A stretch of 63,513 bases of DNA, counting the filler. It is 4 parts of 4 records of this genome, joined end to end, with 100 filler letters (N's around TTAATTAATTAA, not from the genome) between each part and the next. Parts side by side here need not be neighbours in the genome. Positions count along the whole stretch, not along the records: positions 21,728 to 50,255 come from DRR378314_885; 3 more parts are not named here. One strand, 5' to 3'. Below are positions 21,728-31,371 of the stretch, piece after piece. How positions within the stretch are numbered: position 1 is the stretch's first letter; each line of letters opens with the position of its first letter. The translations under genes were made by a program, and so were the position numbers. The notes below the pieces were generated by a model. The model saw only the letters and a list, made by a program, of their open reading frames with translations, was not told the DNA's origin and searched no databases.

Positions 21728-21859
21728 AGCTTGCACAGTATCCTCCAGGCGACAGGGTCGCAGTCGCAAATTATATGGCTCACCTTTGAGACTAGTGTGC
21801 TACTGGTGATTTCGCTATGCAGACCCAGCCTCAGTGCCAGTCTATTGATCCAACGCAGT

Positions 21860-23290
21860 TTATTTGCTGGTTTTCTCTACACTTTCCTCAGCGACTTTCT
21901 CGACATCGACAATCCCAGAACGGCTCACAACCACTTTCCAGCGAGCTAGGTAGGTTGTGTCCTCACTACCGGTCTCACGAATGACCAAGTTAAACAGGTG
22001 ACGTCTCTCGACACTTTCTCTAACGGCCTGACCTTCCTTCAGACGGTAAATGAAGTGCTTCTCTTTGCTCATTAAACGCGTCAGCATGGAAAGATCGATA
22101 TGCAGCGTTTCACGGGTATGCTCATAACCGCTTAAAAAACGGGTGGGCGACATACGCGAGCTGGAACGATAATGAAGTACTTCTTCTTCACGCTGAGCGA
22201 CCGTGCGACGGCGCATTTGCTGAATATCAGCATCTAGTGCGGCATAGCGCTTATAGTCGAACCACTCTAACTGCCGGCCCACCGATTGATTGCGTGTGGG
22301 GTCGATATATTGCCGCCGCCACTTTGGCCTTCCACGCCGAAGCCAGCGCCATAACGTGTTACGCAGGTCGTCTTTAAACACTTCCCGCATCGCATAAAGC
22401 AGCGCCAACGCCAATACAAACAGCGCAGTGACATCGCCCAACACACTACGCAAGTGGAGCACACCAAGCGATACAAACGCCATTACCACAGCCGTCGCCA
22501 ACGCTTTTACTGCCTTCTGCTCGCCGCTCCCAAGCTCTAGAGCACGCTGTTTGAGCGTAATGGGATGCTCAATAAGCCGCCTTAGCAAGCGCATTTTATT
22601 CGACATCCGAGTGGGATCTTCCATCACCCGTTCAGCGTTATACTCTTGCTCTTTTCGATAGTCGCTCTCACGCTGGCAGACGATGATAAAGCGACGCTTT
22701 ATCTCACTAAACTCGCCGCCACGAGGCATATGCGCTACCAATGCCAACAGTTGCTGCTCGGTAAACCAGGAAAGGTAATTATCGATGTTGGCAAAGTATT
22801 TATAGAGCCTCTCGTCGGTGGGCGAATTGCGCCGCAACCGTTTAAGAATGCCGTCACTCAAATCGCTCATTTCATACAGTTGATCACGGAGCGCATCGGC
22901 AAGCTCTTGAAGCTCGCCGCTCTCCTGGCGCTGATCACTAGTTGCATGGCGTAGTTTTCGGGCGCTGACTAGCATTGCCTGAGTCGTTCGTTCTAACGCC
23001 CCAACGTATTGATAAGCGTACAAGCTTAAACTTAACCGATAGGAATCACTGCCTAACTGATTACGGCTCGCTAAACGGCTATGGACCAACGGTAAATGGT
23101 ACTCGTCACTGTAGTAAGTGCGTGAAACGCTGATCGCGCCGTGGTAAAACGCCTCTTCTGAAATGACATGGGTGCTAAGCCCAAGCTCTTTGGGCACAAA
23201 TAGGTAAACATCGAGCGTGTGCGACGTTTCTTCCTTGAGCCGTCGAGTGAGCCTCAGTTGGAAGCTATTTTTACGCTCAACATTGATCAC
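21860..23290 (-). CDS. Hypothetical 476-aa protein with a central 2-TM hairpin
   Basis: Long ORF with AGGAG RBS; two adjacent hydrophobic helices around aa 262-302; no motif recognised. Confidence 0.8.
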   Translation of the reverse strand: MINVERKNSFQLRLTRRLKEETSHTLDVYLFVPKELGLSTHVISEEAFYHGAISVSRTYYSDEYHLPLVHSRLASRNQLGSDSYRLSLSLYAYQYVGALERTTQAMLVSARKLRHATSDQRQESGELQELADALRDQLYEMSDLSDGILKRLRRNSPTDERLYKYFANIDNYLSWFTEQQLLALVAHMPRGGEFSEIKRRFIIVCQRESDYRKEQEYNAERVMEDPTRMSNKMRLLRRLIEHPITLKQRALELGSGEQKAVKALATAVVMAFVSLGVLHLRSVLGDVTALFVLALALLYAMREVFKDDLRNTLWRWLRRGRPKWRRQYIDPTRNQSVGRQLEWFDYKRYAALDADIQQMRRRTVAQREEEVLHYRSSSRMSPTRFLSGYEHTRETLHIDLSMLTRLMSKEKHFIYRLKEGQAVRESVERRHLFNLVIRETGSEDTTYLARWKVVVSRSGIVDVEKVAEESVEKTSK

Positions 23291-23402
23291 CTAACGAATC
23301 TCCTACTTCATTGCGTAACGCGATGATATACCATGGCCAATCATCATCAGGATGGCCGTTAAAGTACTTCTGCGGTTAACCTCTTTGCCTTGGAGCCAGG
23401 GA

Positions 23403-24401
23403 ATGTCCATTGCCCGTTTTTCACCCTTTGAGCTGTTGCTGCTAAAGAGCCGCAGCCAAGTGGATACGGCAACACTACTACTGTTAGCCTGGGTGCTTGT
23501 GCATCGCCAGCAGGTCTCTGAAGGCCAGCGGCGACGCCGACTGGCTCAGGTCACTGCGCAATTTCGTCACGGGCACGAACTTGGGCCGGTGATGAGCATT
23601 GCTCATAGTCAAGACCTCCAAGCCATTCAGTTAGCGGCCGAGGTTGTGCGCAAAGAGTGCTCCAATGAGCGCAGTCTCAGCATACTTTACCAAGCGATCA
23701 CGGTAGCCACCGATGATGGCGAGCTATCTCTGAATAACCATTACATTCTGGGCTTTCTCGCTGATTTGCTAAATGTCACACCTGCCACATTCAGCACTCT
23801 CTTTCATGAGTTAACGGGCAAACCACTGCAATCAGCAGAGGACCCCAGTCGAGATGCTTATTGGCAGGTGCACGATCCAGAATATCACGCGCGCAAGGCA
23901 CGTGATGCACACGCGGCTGAGCAGAAAGCAAAAGAGGCCGAAGAGCGCCAGCGTGCTAATAAAGAACAACAGCAACAAAAGCAGCAGAATAAACAACGCC
24001 AACAGGAAGAAGCACACCGCGAGAAGGCAAAACAGCAGCAGGCCAAGCGGGAACAGAGCAAGCGAGAACAGGACAAACAAAAAGAGCACCGCAAACGACA
24101 GGAACAGACTCAACAGCAAGAGCGTCAGCGCTGGCAACAAGAGCAGAAGCGTCAGGAAGAAGCCCGTCGCCAACAGCGGGAGCGCCCCTCTTCACCACCC
24201 GATCGCCACACACGGGCGCTGGCAGTATTAGGACTAACACCAGGGGCTAATCGTGCCGATATCCGCCGTGCCTATCGCCGCATGGCGCAGCTGCACCACC
24301 CTGACCGTTTCTATTCGGGTAGTGAACATCAAGTAGCACTGGCATCAACCCGTTTTCAGCGCATCAAAAGTGCCTACGATTATTTGATGCAGAACACCTG
24401 A
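23403..24401 (+). CDS. TerB-like + Q/E/K/R-rich coil + C-terminal J-domain co-chaperone (DjlA-like architecture)
   Basis: VATDDGELS...LADLLNV TerB-like motif; ALAVLGL...IRRAYRRMAQLHHPD...RIKSAYDYL J domain. Confidence 0.85.
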   Translation: MSIARFSPFELLLLKSRSQVDTATLLLLAWVLVHRQQVSEGQRRRRLAQVTAQFRHGHELGPVMSIAHSQDLQAIQLAAEVVRKECSNERSLSILYQAITVATDDGELSLNNHYILGFLADLLNVTPATFSTLFHELTGKPLQSAEDPSRDAYWQVHDPEYHARKARDAHAAEQKAKEAEERQRANKEQQQQKQQNKQRQQEEAHREKAKQQQAKREQSKREQDKQKEHRKRQEQTQQQERQRWQQEQKRQEEARRQQRERPSSPPDRHTRALAVLGLTPGANRADIRRAYRRMAQLHHPDRFYSGSEHQVALASTRFQRIKSAYDYLMQNT

Positions 24402-24466
24402 TCAGCCTACTGTTAACGATTAAGAGCCAGGCACCCAAACCGACAGTGAGTATCGACTCGAACATT

Positions 24467-24898
24467 ATGCGCGATTTGTATCAACGACTGACACTAACCC
24501 CCGATGCGAGCGATCAAGAAATCAATAGCGCGGTGGCTCGCTGCCCAAACAGCGCGTTGCGCCAGGATGCTGAATCCGTACTTGGTGTTGCAGAACATCG
24601 CGACGCTTATAACAAGCTCCACAAAACCGTCAGCGACATAGGACAACTGCGGGCAAGGCTTGGACTCACCCACGCTGCTCATTGGCAAGGCGATGTGGCC
24701 AACGACTTTTCCCTACCACCCGATCATGCTATTTCGCGCCATGACGAGCTGATTGACCGCGTTAGCCTTGCGGTATCGCTTTATAACCGCTGGCGGCGCT
24801 TCAAAGGCCCGTGGCTACTCGCTGCCCTGCTCACCATTGGTGCTAGCATAGGTCTCGCCTTTGGGCTCGCCTTGGGCCTTGGGCTTAGCATAGGATGA
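24467..24898 (+). CDS. Small protein with HPD-less J-like N-terminus and C-terminal TM anchor
   Basis: RDLYQRLTLTPDASDQEI...AESVLG..EHRDAYN resembles J helices I, II and IV; hydrophobic tail. Confidence 0.7.
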   Translation: MRDLYQRLTLTPDASDQEINSAVARCPNSALRQDAESVLGVAEHRDAYNKLHKTVSDIGQLRARLGLTHAAHWQGDVANDFSLPPDHAISRHDELIDRVSLAVSLYNRWRRFKGPWLLAALLTIGASIGLAFGLALGLGLSIG

Positions 24899-27340
24899 TG
24901 CCTCTGCTCGCTCGCGCTCATCTCGGCGGGTTTCAGCTTCTGTCGGGCGCGGAGCTGGTTTTGGCGGCGCTGGCCGCTTTCGCGGGCTATCGCCGTCTTC
25001 ATCACTGATATTTCTTCCCTTGCTCTTGCCACCCGGCTCATCGAGCGTGAAATCCGTGCCGGCGCGCTCTTTTCCCGTAGGCTCTGCTCTCGCAGTCTCA
25101 TCGGGCATACGATCTTGCCGACGATCTTCTGAACGCGCCTCCATGCTGACACTGAGACGCGGTACGCCCAGATCGATTTCCTGCGCTTCCATGCGTTGCT
25201 TCAATAGCAAGTTAAAGGCACGCGATACGTCCCACTGCATTTCGGGTGCTGTGCGAAAACGCATGCGCAAAATAGGGCAACCATCTTCAAAGCCCTGCAC
25301 ACCCTGCATTTCTAAAGGTGACCAAATATAGTGACGCATCATAGGGTCTTTGCGTAACTCTTGTGCTGTCTCTTGCATCAGCGTAATTGCATCATCGATT
25401 TTCATCGCATAAGGGATACGAATCCGCATTAGCGCAATGCCGAATTGGCGCGACATGTTATGAATCGACTCAATACGGCTAAAGGTAATGATATGGACAA
25501 CCCCATCTAAATCACGCAGCTTCACAGTACGTAGTGTTAAGCCCTCAACGGTCCCCATATGGCCATTAATTTGCACGAAATCATCCACCGCCAGGGAGTC
25601 TTCAATCAGAATAAAGATCCCGGTGATTAAATCCTGCACCAACGTTTGGGCACCAAAACCAATCGCCAGACCGATGACACCCGCACCCGCGAGTAGTGGT
25701 GTGACGTTAACGCCAAGATTTGCTAGCCCGGCAATCACCGCGATAATCAAAATCGTCACAAAAATAACATTACGAATCATCGGCGTAATGGTTTGCGCCC
25801 GAGCTTGATTCACTCGCCTTCCGCGAGAGCGCGCGGATGACGTTAGCGCCCGCTGAATAGCCGTATCAGCAAAGATCCAGACCAGCCAAGCCAGCAGAAT
25901 AGTTGACCCCAGACTTATTAAGGCTTGACCAATACGGGCACTGGCTACCGCTTGCTGACCAAGGCCAAACAGCGAACCGCCCCAAACCTGCATAAACAGT
26001 TCGGCGAATACCATCCAGGCGCAAAGGTGGGCAAGTACAAAGCCGAAGCGCTCTAAACGCTTACGATATTGGCTGTAACGACGGCGATGACGGCGCTTAC
26101 CCAAGCGCTCTGACTGACGTCTTAACAAGCCCGTCACCACTAACGTCAACACCAATAAGCTTGCCGAGATAATCGAGCGCGCAAGCGCTGTACCCACATC
26201 ACCCACGGTGATAAAGATCGCCAATAATGAGCCACCCACCATCAGCAGCGCAGGAATATGCCAGAGGCCGCCCAGCGCACGGATCATCTCAACGGCGGCA
26301 CTAGCATCACGGCGCTGCTTGTAAGGGCGGTTACAGATCAAATGGCGAACAGGCCGTTTAAATTTAAAGATAAAGCGTGCTGAAAGCAGCGCAGCCAACA
26401 TATTCGCAAGCACAGACACTAAGCTGGAAAGCTCACTACCCAGTAGCTCAACCAAGCGGGTAGAGTTCACCGCATCGCCCAAGGCGATTAATGCGCCAAT
26501 GACAAACAGACCACGCAAGGCTTTTTGCTGCAGCACCTGTACCGCTGTAAAACGATGACCGCGGCTGAAAAACGCAATGACCGTTTCAATCACCACCGAC
26601 AACGCGCGACCGCACACACAAACGTAAGCCACAACCAGTACAACCGCTCGGCCTGGGCTGTAAGGTAATATCTGCCCAATCCCTAGGGTAATCGCGAATG
26701 ACAGTGCCCAAGGCAACATGCGGCGTAAAAAGTGCACTGCCAATAACCAGGCTTTCGGGTCACGAGGCAAATCAAGCGGCCATTCTCGTCGTGTGGCGAT
26801 CAAACGCCCAAACGCAATCATAACGACCAGCAGCGTCCCCCAAATAACACCAAGGACGGCGCCTTCAGCCACTGCGCGTAGCGCCTCCCCCTGGTCAGCA
26901 TCATCATTTAATGCGCGTAAGTCGGCAGCTCCTTGAACCAATTGTCGTGACCATTCATCAACCGGCGAATCGCCAGCCTGAGCCTGCTCGCCAATATCGG
27001 TCAGCGTATCGGCTAATGCGCCCAGCAGGCCTTGATGAACGATTTTGTCCTCTTCGCCAGCCTCGGTGGCAAGCTGCAACTCACGCAGGGAGTCGAGCAG
27101 CGCTCTACGCTGCTCTTCATTCTCCAGCATTGCGATCACATCGCTAAGCGAGCTTTGGAAGCGTTCACTACTGACACTCTGCTCTTCTGATGCATCATTG
27201 CCTCCCCCCAGGCTTGGCAGAGAAACGCTCTGCGCCTGTGCGAAGGTCATCACACCTAGGAGTAGCGTCAAAAAAACGCCTAACACGATATTGATTGTCC
27301 AGTGCTGTCGCACGCTTAACTCCCGAAAATGAACTGACAT
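24815..27340 (-). CDS. Large MscS-family mechanosensitive channel (YbiO-like)
   Basis: LGVNVTPLLAGAGVIGLAIGFGAQTLVQDLITG, GTVEGLTLRTVKLRD; multiple TMs. Confidence 0.92.
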   Translation of the reverse strand: MSVHFRELSVRQHWTINIVLGVFLTLLLGVMTFAQAQSVSLPSLGGGNDASEEQSVSSERFQSSLSDVIAMLENEEQRRALLDSLRELQLATEAGEEDKIVHQGLLGALADTLTDIGEQAQAGDSPVDEWSRQLVQGAADLRALNDDADQGEALRAVAEGAVLGVIWGTLLVVMIAFGRLIATRREWPLDLPRDPKAWLLAVHFLRRMLPWALSFAITLGIGQILPYSPGRAVVLVVAYVCVCGRALSVVIETVIAFFSRGHRFTAVQVLQQKALRGLFVIGALIALGDAVNSTRLVELLGSELSSLVSVLANMLAALLSARFIFKFKRPVRHLICNRPYKQRRDASAAVEMIRALGGLWHIPALLMVGGSLLAIFITVGDVGTALARSIISASLLVLTLVVTGLLRRQSERLGKRRHRRRYSQYRKRLERFGFVLAHLCAWMVFAELFMQVWGGSLFGLGQQAVASARIGQALISLGSTILLAWLVWIFADTAIQRALTSSARSRGRRVNQARAQTITPMIRNVIFVTILIIAVIAGLANLGVNVTPLLAGAGVIGLAIGFGAQTLVQDLITGIFILIEDSLAVDDFVQINGHMGTVEGLTLRTVKLRDLDGVVHIITFSRIESIHNMSRQFGIALMRIRIPYAMKIDDAITLMQETAQELRKDPMMRHYIWSPLEMQGVQGFEDGCPILRMRFRTAPEMQWDVSRAFNLLLKQRMEAQEIDLGVPRLSVSMEARSEDRRQDRMPDETARAEPTGKERAGTDFTLDEPGGKSKGRNISDEDGDSPRKRPAPPKPAPRPTEAETRRDERERAEASSYAKPKAQGEPKGETYASTNGEQGSE

Positions 27341-27441
27341 AACACGCCACTTAGTTAGCGTTTACTTAACTTTGTACGCTCAGCCTTAATGCGTGACTGT
27401 GATAGGCTGTTGGCTTAAACGTTCACCTCAAGGATACCGAG

Positions 27442-28449
27442 ATGACGCTGCACGCTCCTCCTAACCGCACCAATAGTGATGGAAAAACAAGGCGTGTCGG
27501 TGTGGAAATCGAATTCGCCGGACTCCCGCCGCATGATACCGCTGAGCTGGTACGCGAGCTATTTGGGGGTGAGCTTAACGTGGTCAGTCCCCATCGGCTA
27601 CTCGTTGAAGCGACTCGATGGGGCGAATTCGGTATTGAGCTGGATACCCAGTATGCTCATCCTGATAAGACGTTACTGGAAGAACACCATGAAAGCGACA
27701 GTGAATGGGCACGCCAGCAGCGCCATCGGCGAATAGAGTTCCATCAAAAAACCCGCGAACTGATTGGTGACATGGTGACGGGCCTAGTGCCTACGGAAAT
27801 TGTCTGCCCGCCGATTCCCTGGGATGAGTTAGGTGAACTAGACCAGCTATTTAGTGCCCTACGCGACAAAGGCGCGAAAGGCACGGATGCCAGCTTACTC
27901 TACGGATTTGGCTTGCATCTAAACCCTGAAGTAGAACGGTTTGAAGTTGATTACCTTCTAGCCATGATGCAAGCGTATCTGCTTCTCGCCAGCTGGCTGC
28001 GCGATGAAATCAAAGTCGACATTACCCGTGAAGTACTGCCTCACGCCAATCCATTTCATAAAGAGTACGCTCTTAAAGTCCTGGATTCTGGTTATCAGCC
28101 TGATTTAGATACGTTTATCGATGACTATCTGCACTACAATCCAACGCGTAATCGAGAGTTAGATCTACTGCCGCTGTTTGCGCACCTGCGTCCTGACCAT
28201 CCCCATGAGCTGCTGCATAGCCAGCTCACTAAACCACGCCCGACGTTTCATTATCGGCTACCCAATGCGCAGCTTTCTCAGCCCGGCTGGGGGTCAGTTG
28301 TGGAGTGGAATCGCTGGGTTGAGGTAGAAAAGCTAGCCGCAAACAGTGACGTGCTGCGCGCTCGCTGCGATGAGTATATTGCTGAACACAGCCAACCTTG
28401 GTGGAAACGCTGTAAAACGAAGCTGCTTGGCCTATTGAAGTCATCCTAA
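27442..28449 (+). CDS. Putative amidoligase (COOH-NH2 ligase, Amidoligase_2-like)
   Basis: RRVGVEIEF, EIVCPP, FGLHLN, TFHYRLPN. Confidence 0.85.
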   Translation: MTLHAPPNRTNSDGKTRRVGVEIEFAGLPPHDTAELVRELFGGELNVVSPHRLLVEATRWGEFGIELDTQYAHPDKTLLEEHHESDSEWARQQRHRRIEFHQKTRELIGDMVTGLVPTEIVCPPIPWDELGELDQLFSALRDKGAKGTDASLLYGFGLHLNPEVERFEVDYLLAMMQAYLLLASWLRDEIKVDITREVLPHANPFHKEYALKVLDSGYQPDLDTFIDDYLHYNPTRNRELDLLPLFAHLRPDHPHELLHSQLTKPRPTFHYRLPNAQLSQPGWGSVVEWNRWVEVEKLAANSDVLRARCDEYIAEHSQPWWKRCKTKLLGLLKSS

Positions 28450-28478
28450 ACACACTGCCTGAGTGAGAACGTGCCAGC

Positions 28479-29150
28479 ATGTCTCGACCACTTATTGGGA
28501 TTACAACCTCTGATCAAAAAAGCCACCTAGCGTGGTGGTTTGACTGGTTCGCCGTATGGCGACATGGCGGCAAACCGCTTCGCTTGTCCCCATCACGCCC
28601 CTTGCCTGCCCACCTTGACGGGCTAATTATTGGTGGCGGCGATGACATCCAAGCACACCTTTACGGCGGCGAAGTACAGCTGGATGTGCGGCTAGACCCA
28701 GCCCGCGATGAACTGGAGCTCAATCTACTCGGCCGATTTATTCCACAAAACACTCCTGTATTGGGAATTTGCCGGGGAGCTCAGCTAATTAACGTCCATT
28801 TAGGAGGCACTCTCGACCCTGATATTTATACCACCCACGAAGGCCTGAAACGACGGCGCACTGTGCTACCGCGCAAAACAGTGGATATTGTCGGAGGAAG
28901 CAAGCTTTATCAGCTGTTAGGCGTCACGTGGTGTCGCGTGAATAGCCTGCACCATCAGGCGGTCAATCAAGCAGGTGACGGTATCAATATTGTCGCCCGC
29001 GACCGGGACGGGCTAGTCCAGGGAATTGAGTCGACAAAACATGATTTTCTGATTGGCGTGCAGTGGCATCCCGAATGGCTTATTTTCAACCGCCCCCAGC
29101 AGCGTTTAATTAGTGCACTGGTGGCGGCAGCGAAGCAAGGCGCAGGTTAG
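28479..29150 (+). CDS. Gamma-glutamyl-gamma-aminobutyrate hydrolase family (peptidase C26, class I GATase)
   Basis: RPLIGIT, GGGDDI, LGICRGAQ, VNSLHHQAV, GVQWHPE. Confidence 0.92.
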   Translation: MSRPLIGITTSDQKSHLAWWFDWFAVWRHGGKPLRLSPSRPLPAHLDGLIIGGGDDIQAHLYGGEVQLDVRLDPARDELELNLLGRFIPQNTPVLGICRGAQLINVHLGGTLDPDIYTTHEGLKRRRTVLPRKTVDIVGGSKLYQLLGVTWCRVNSLHHQAVNQAGDGINIVARDRDGLVQGIESTKHDFLIGVQWHPEWLIFNRPQQRLISALVAAAKQGAG

Positions 29151-29171
29151 AAACCTGCGTACTGCCTCTGG

Positions 29172-29675
29172 CTAGCCTTTTAGGGCTGCCAGCGCGGCCT
29201 CATAATCAGGCTCATTTTTCAGCTCGCTTACCAGCTCACTGTGCAACACGCGGTTGTCTGCATCGAGCACTACCACGGCACGTGCGCATAACCCTTCCAT
29301 TGCACTATTAGCCAATGCGACACCCCAAGCTTCTTGGAACTCTCGATGGCGGAAGGTAGACAAGGTTTCAACGTTATCCAACCCTTCTGCGCCGCAAAAG
29401 CGCTTGGCTGCAAATGGCAGGTCAGCAGACACCACCAGTACAACGGTATTCTCCAATTGCGAGGCCAGTTCATTGAACCGTCGAGTAGACACCGCACAAG
29501 TGGGCGTATCCACACTGGGGATAATATTCAGTACTTTGCGCTTGCCCGAATAAGTATCAAGGGTGACATCATTTAAATCGGCATTGGTGAGCGTCATCAG
29601 CGGAGCAGTTTGGCCTGGAGCAGGTAGCGTTCCCGCCACATCCATGGGCTCGCCAGCACGGGTTATCTGTTGCAT
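29172..29675 (-). CDS. tpx: Thiol peroxidase
   Basis: [35 protein letters not shown]. Confidence 0.95.
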   Translation of the reverse strand: MQQITRAGEPMDVAGTLPAPGQTAPLMTLTNADLNDVTLDTYSGKRKVLNIIPSVDTPTCAVSTRRFNELASQLENTVVLVVSADLPFAAKRFCGAEGLDNVETLSTFRHREFQEAWGVALANSAMEGLCARAVVVLDADNRVLHSELVSELKNEPDYEAALAALKG

Positions 29676-29811
29676 ATTAGGCTCCTAATATAAAGCGAAA
29701 AAGGTGTATGGTGAGAACTACCACCTTACAGGGCAATGCCCTGATTGGGCTAACTTTTCCTCTCTAACCTTTCTTCGCTAACCTTGCCTCTGACAGGACA
29801 ACGAGAACGCC

Positions 29812-30528
29812 ATGACCTCTTTAGTCATTATCAAAACCGGTGACGCCTTCCCTGAAGTGGTTGACCAATACGGTGATTTCGAGCAACTCTTTATCAATCA
29901 GCTTTCGACGGTACTGCCGACACATCTGTCACTCAGGGTTTGGGATGCGCGCAAACAAGGTGTTCCACCTACTCCTACCTCATTCGCTGGCATTATGCTC
30001 ACGGGTTCCCACAGTATGGTGAGCGAACAGGAGCCATGGAGCGAGGCGCTAAAACCTTGGCTTGAGCAAGCGCTAGCCGAGAACGTCCCTATGCTTGGCG
30101 TGTGCTATGGTCACCAGTTGATGGCGTCAGCCTTCGGTGGCATTAGCGATTACCACCCTGCAGGAAGAGAATCAGGAACGCGCAAGGTACGGCTGACCCA
30201 AGCAGGCCATCAAGACCCCCTGTTTAGCAAGCTGCCCACACACTTCTCGGCTCACCTGACCCACGCCCAGTCGGTCATGCAGTTGCCACCCAACGCCACG
30301 GTGTTGGCGCATAACAACCACGATGCTCATCAAGCATTACGTTATGGCCCCCGCCAATGGAGCGTGCAGTTTCACCCAGAGTTCACCCGACCAGTGATGC
30401 ATGCTTATATCGAGCGCCAGAAAGCCGCATTGCGCGACCAAGGTGAAAATCCCGACGCACTCATTGACGCGATCACCGACACTCAAGCGGCCTCTAGCCT
30501 ACTGCGCCATTTCCTACGCTTTACGTAA
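29812..30528 (+). CDS. Class I glutamine amidotransferase (GMP-synthase-like, YfeJ type)
   Basis: LTGS, LGVCYGHQL, VQFHPE catalytic triad. Confidence 0.9.
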   Translation: MTSLVIIKTGDAFPEVVDQYGDFEQLFINQLSTVLPTHLSLRVWDARKQGVPPTPTSFAGIMLTGSHSMVSEQEPWSEALKPWLEQALAENVPMLGVCYGHQLMASAFGGISDYHPAGRESGTRKVRLTQAGHQDPLFSKLPTHFSAHLTHAQSVMQLPPNATVLAHNNHDAHQALRYGPRQWSVQFHPEFTRPVMHAYIERQKAALRDQGENPDALIDAITDTQAASSLLRHFLRFT

Positions 30529-31213
30529 GCCGCTTTTGGTCGCGTCTTGATGCAAGCCGATCTGCTAATCGCGTGGGTTCTGGTAACTTGGTGCGTCCTA
30601 AACAGCGCACCACCCAGTCAAGCGATGTTTCAAGGGATAATCGATGCCCAGGCGATACGAACACCGGTTTCACATTTTCCCGCGAGCGTAGCACGGCACC
30701 AATAACGTCGTTACCTGATGTTAGAGGCACCCAATCCCCCCGCGTGTTTCCCACTTCTGCATGCTGCCCCGTTAAGCGCGACTTAGCGATGCCGATCGTC
30801 GGTAAATTCAGCCATAGCCCCAGGTGGGCAGCGACACCAAGCCGCCGAGGATGCGCAATCCCCTGCCCGTCGACCATTACCAGTTCGGGTGTGATCGCAA
30901 GCTTAGCGAACGCTTCCAGAGCGGCAGGGATCTCGCGAAAAGAGAGCAGCCCGGGAATATAAGGCATCCGCGTTGGCTCACGATGAACCACCTGCTCTAC
31001 CATCGTTAGGTGTTGCGTGGTGTCAGGCTGCCATTTTAGGACAACGACCGCCGCCCGAGTGATATCACCACCCGCTTCAAACCCAATATCGACCCCAGCA
31101 ATGTGGTGCACAGAACCGATACGATCAGTGGTTTCAAGTCGTTTCGCCAGCACTGTTTGCAGCGCTACGGCCTCTTTTGGAGCTAAATTCCAGTCATGTA
31201 GCGGTGCGTCCAT
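30521..31213 (-). CDS. nfi: Endonuclease V
   Basis: AGVD, PYIPGLLSFRE, DGQGIAHPRRLG.A.H, IGIAKS, SPGHR, LPEPTR.AD. Confidence 0.96.
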   Translation of the reverse strand: MDAPLHDWNLAPKEAVALQTVLAKRLETTDRIGSVHHIAGVDIGFEAGGDITRAAVVVLKWQPDTTQHLTMVEQVVHREPTRMPYIPGLLSFREIPAALEAFAKLAITPELVMVDGQGIAHPRRLGVAAHLGLWLNLPTIGIAKSRLTGQHAEVGNTRGDWVPLTSGNDVIGAVLRSRENVKPVFVSPGHRLSLETSLDWVVRCLGRTKLPEPTRLADRLASRRDQKRLT

Positions 31214-31279
31214 GCAGCCTCCTTTTACTGAACCATAACCATACTAACGTAGCTCAACTTCCCAACTGCAATGACAGGC

Positions 31280-31316
31280 AAAAAAAATCCCCTTAAGCCG
31301 CTGGGCGTAAGGGGAT
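31280..31316 (-). terminator. Rho-independent terminator of deaD
   Basis: Minus strand ATCCCCTTA...TAAGGGGAT stem followed by a T-tract. Confidence 0.8.
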
Positions 31317-31371
31317 AGAACGATCGTTAAACGTCGTTTTAAAGCACCATTATATGGCGCTATACATTAAC

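Noticed and set aside
23930-24190. CAG/CAA-rich repetitive DNA
   Set aside because: Explained by the Q/E/K/R coiled-coil linker of the J-domain protein
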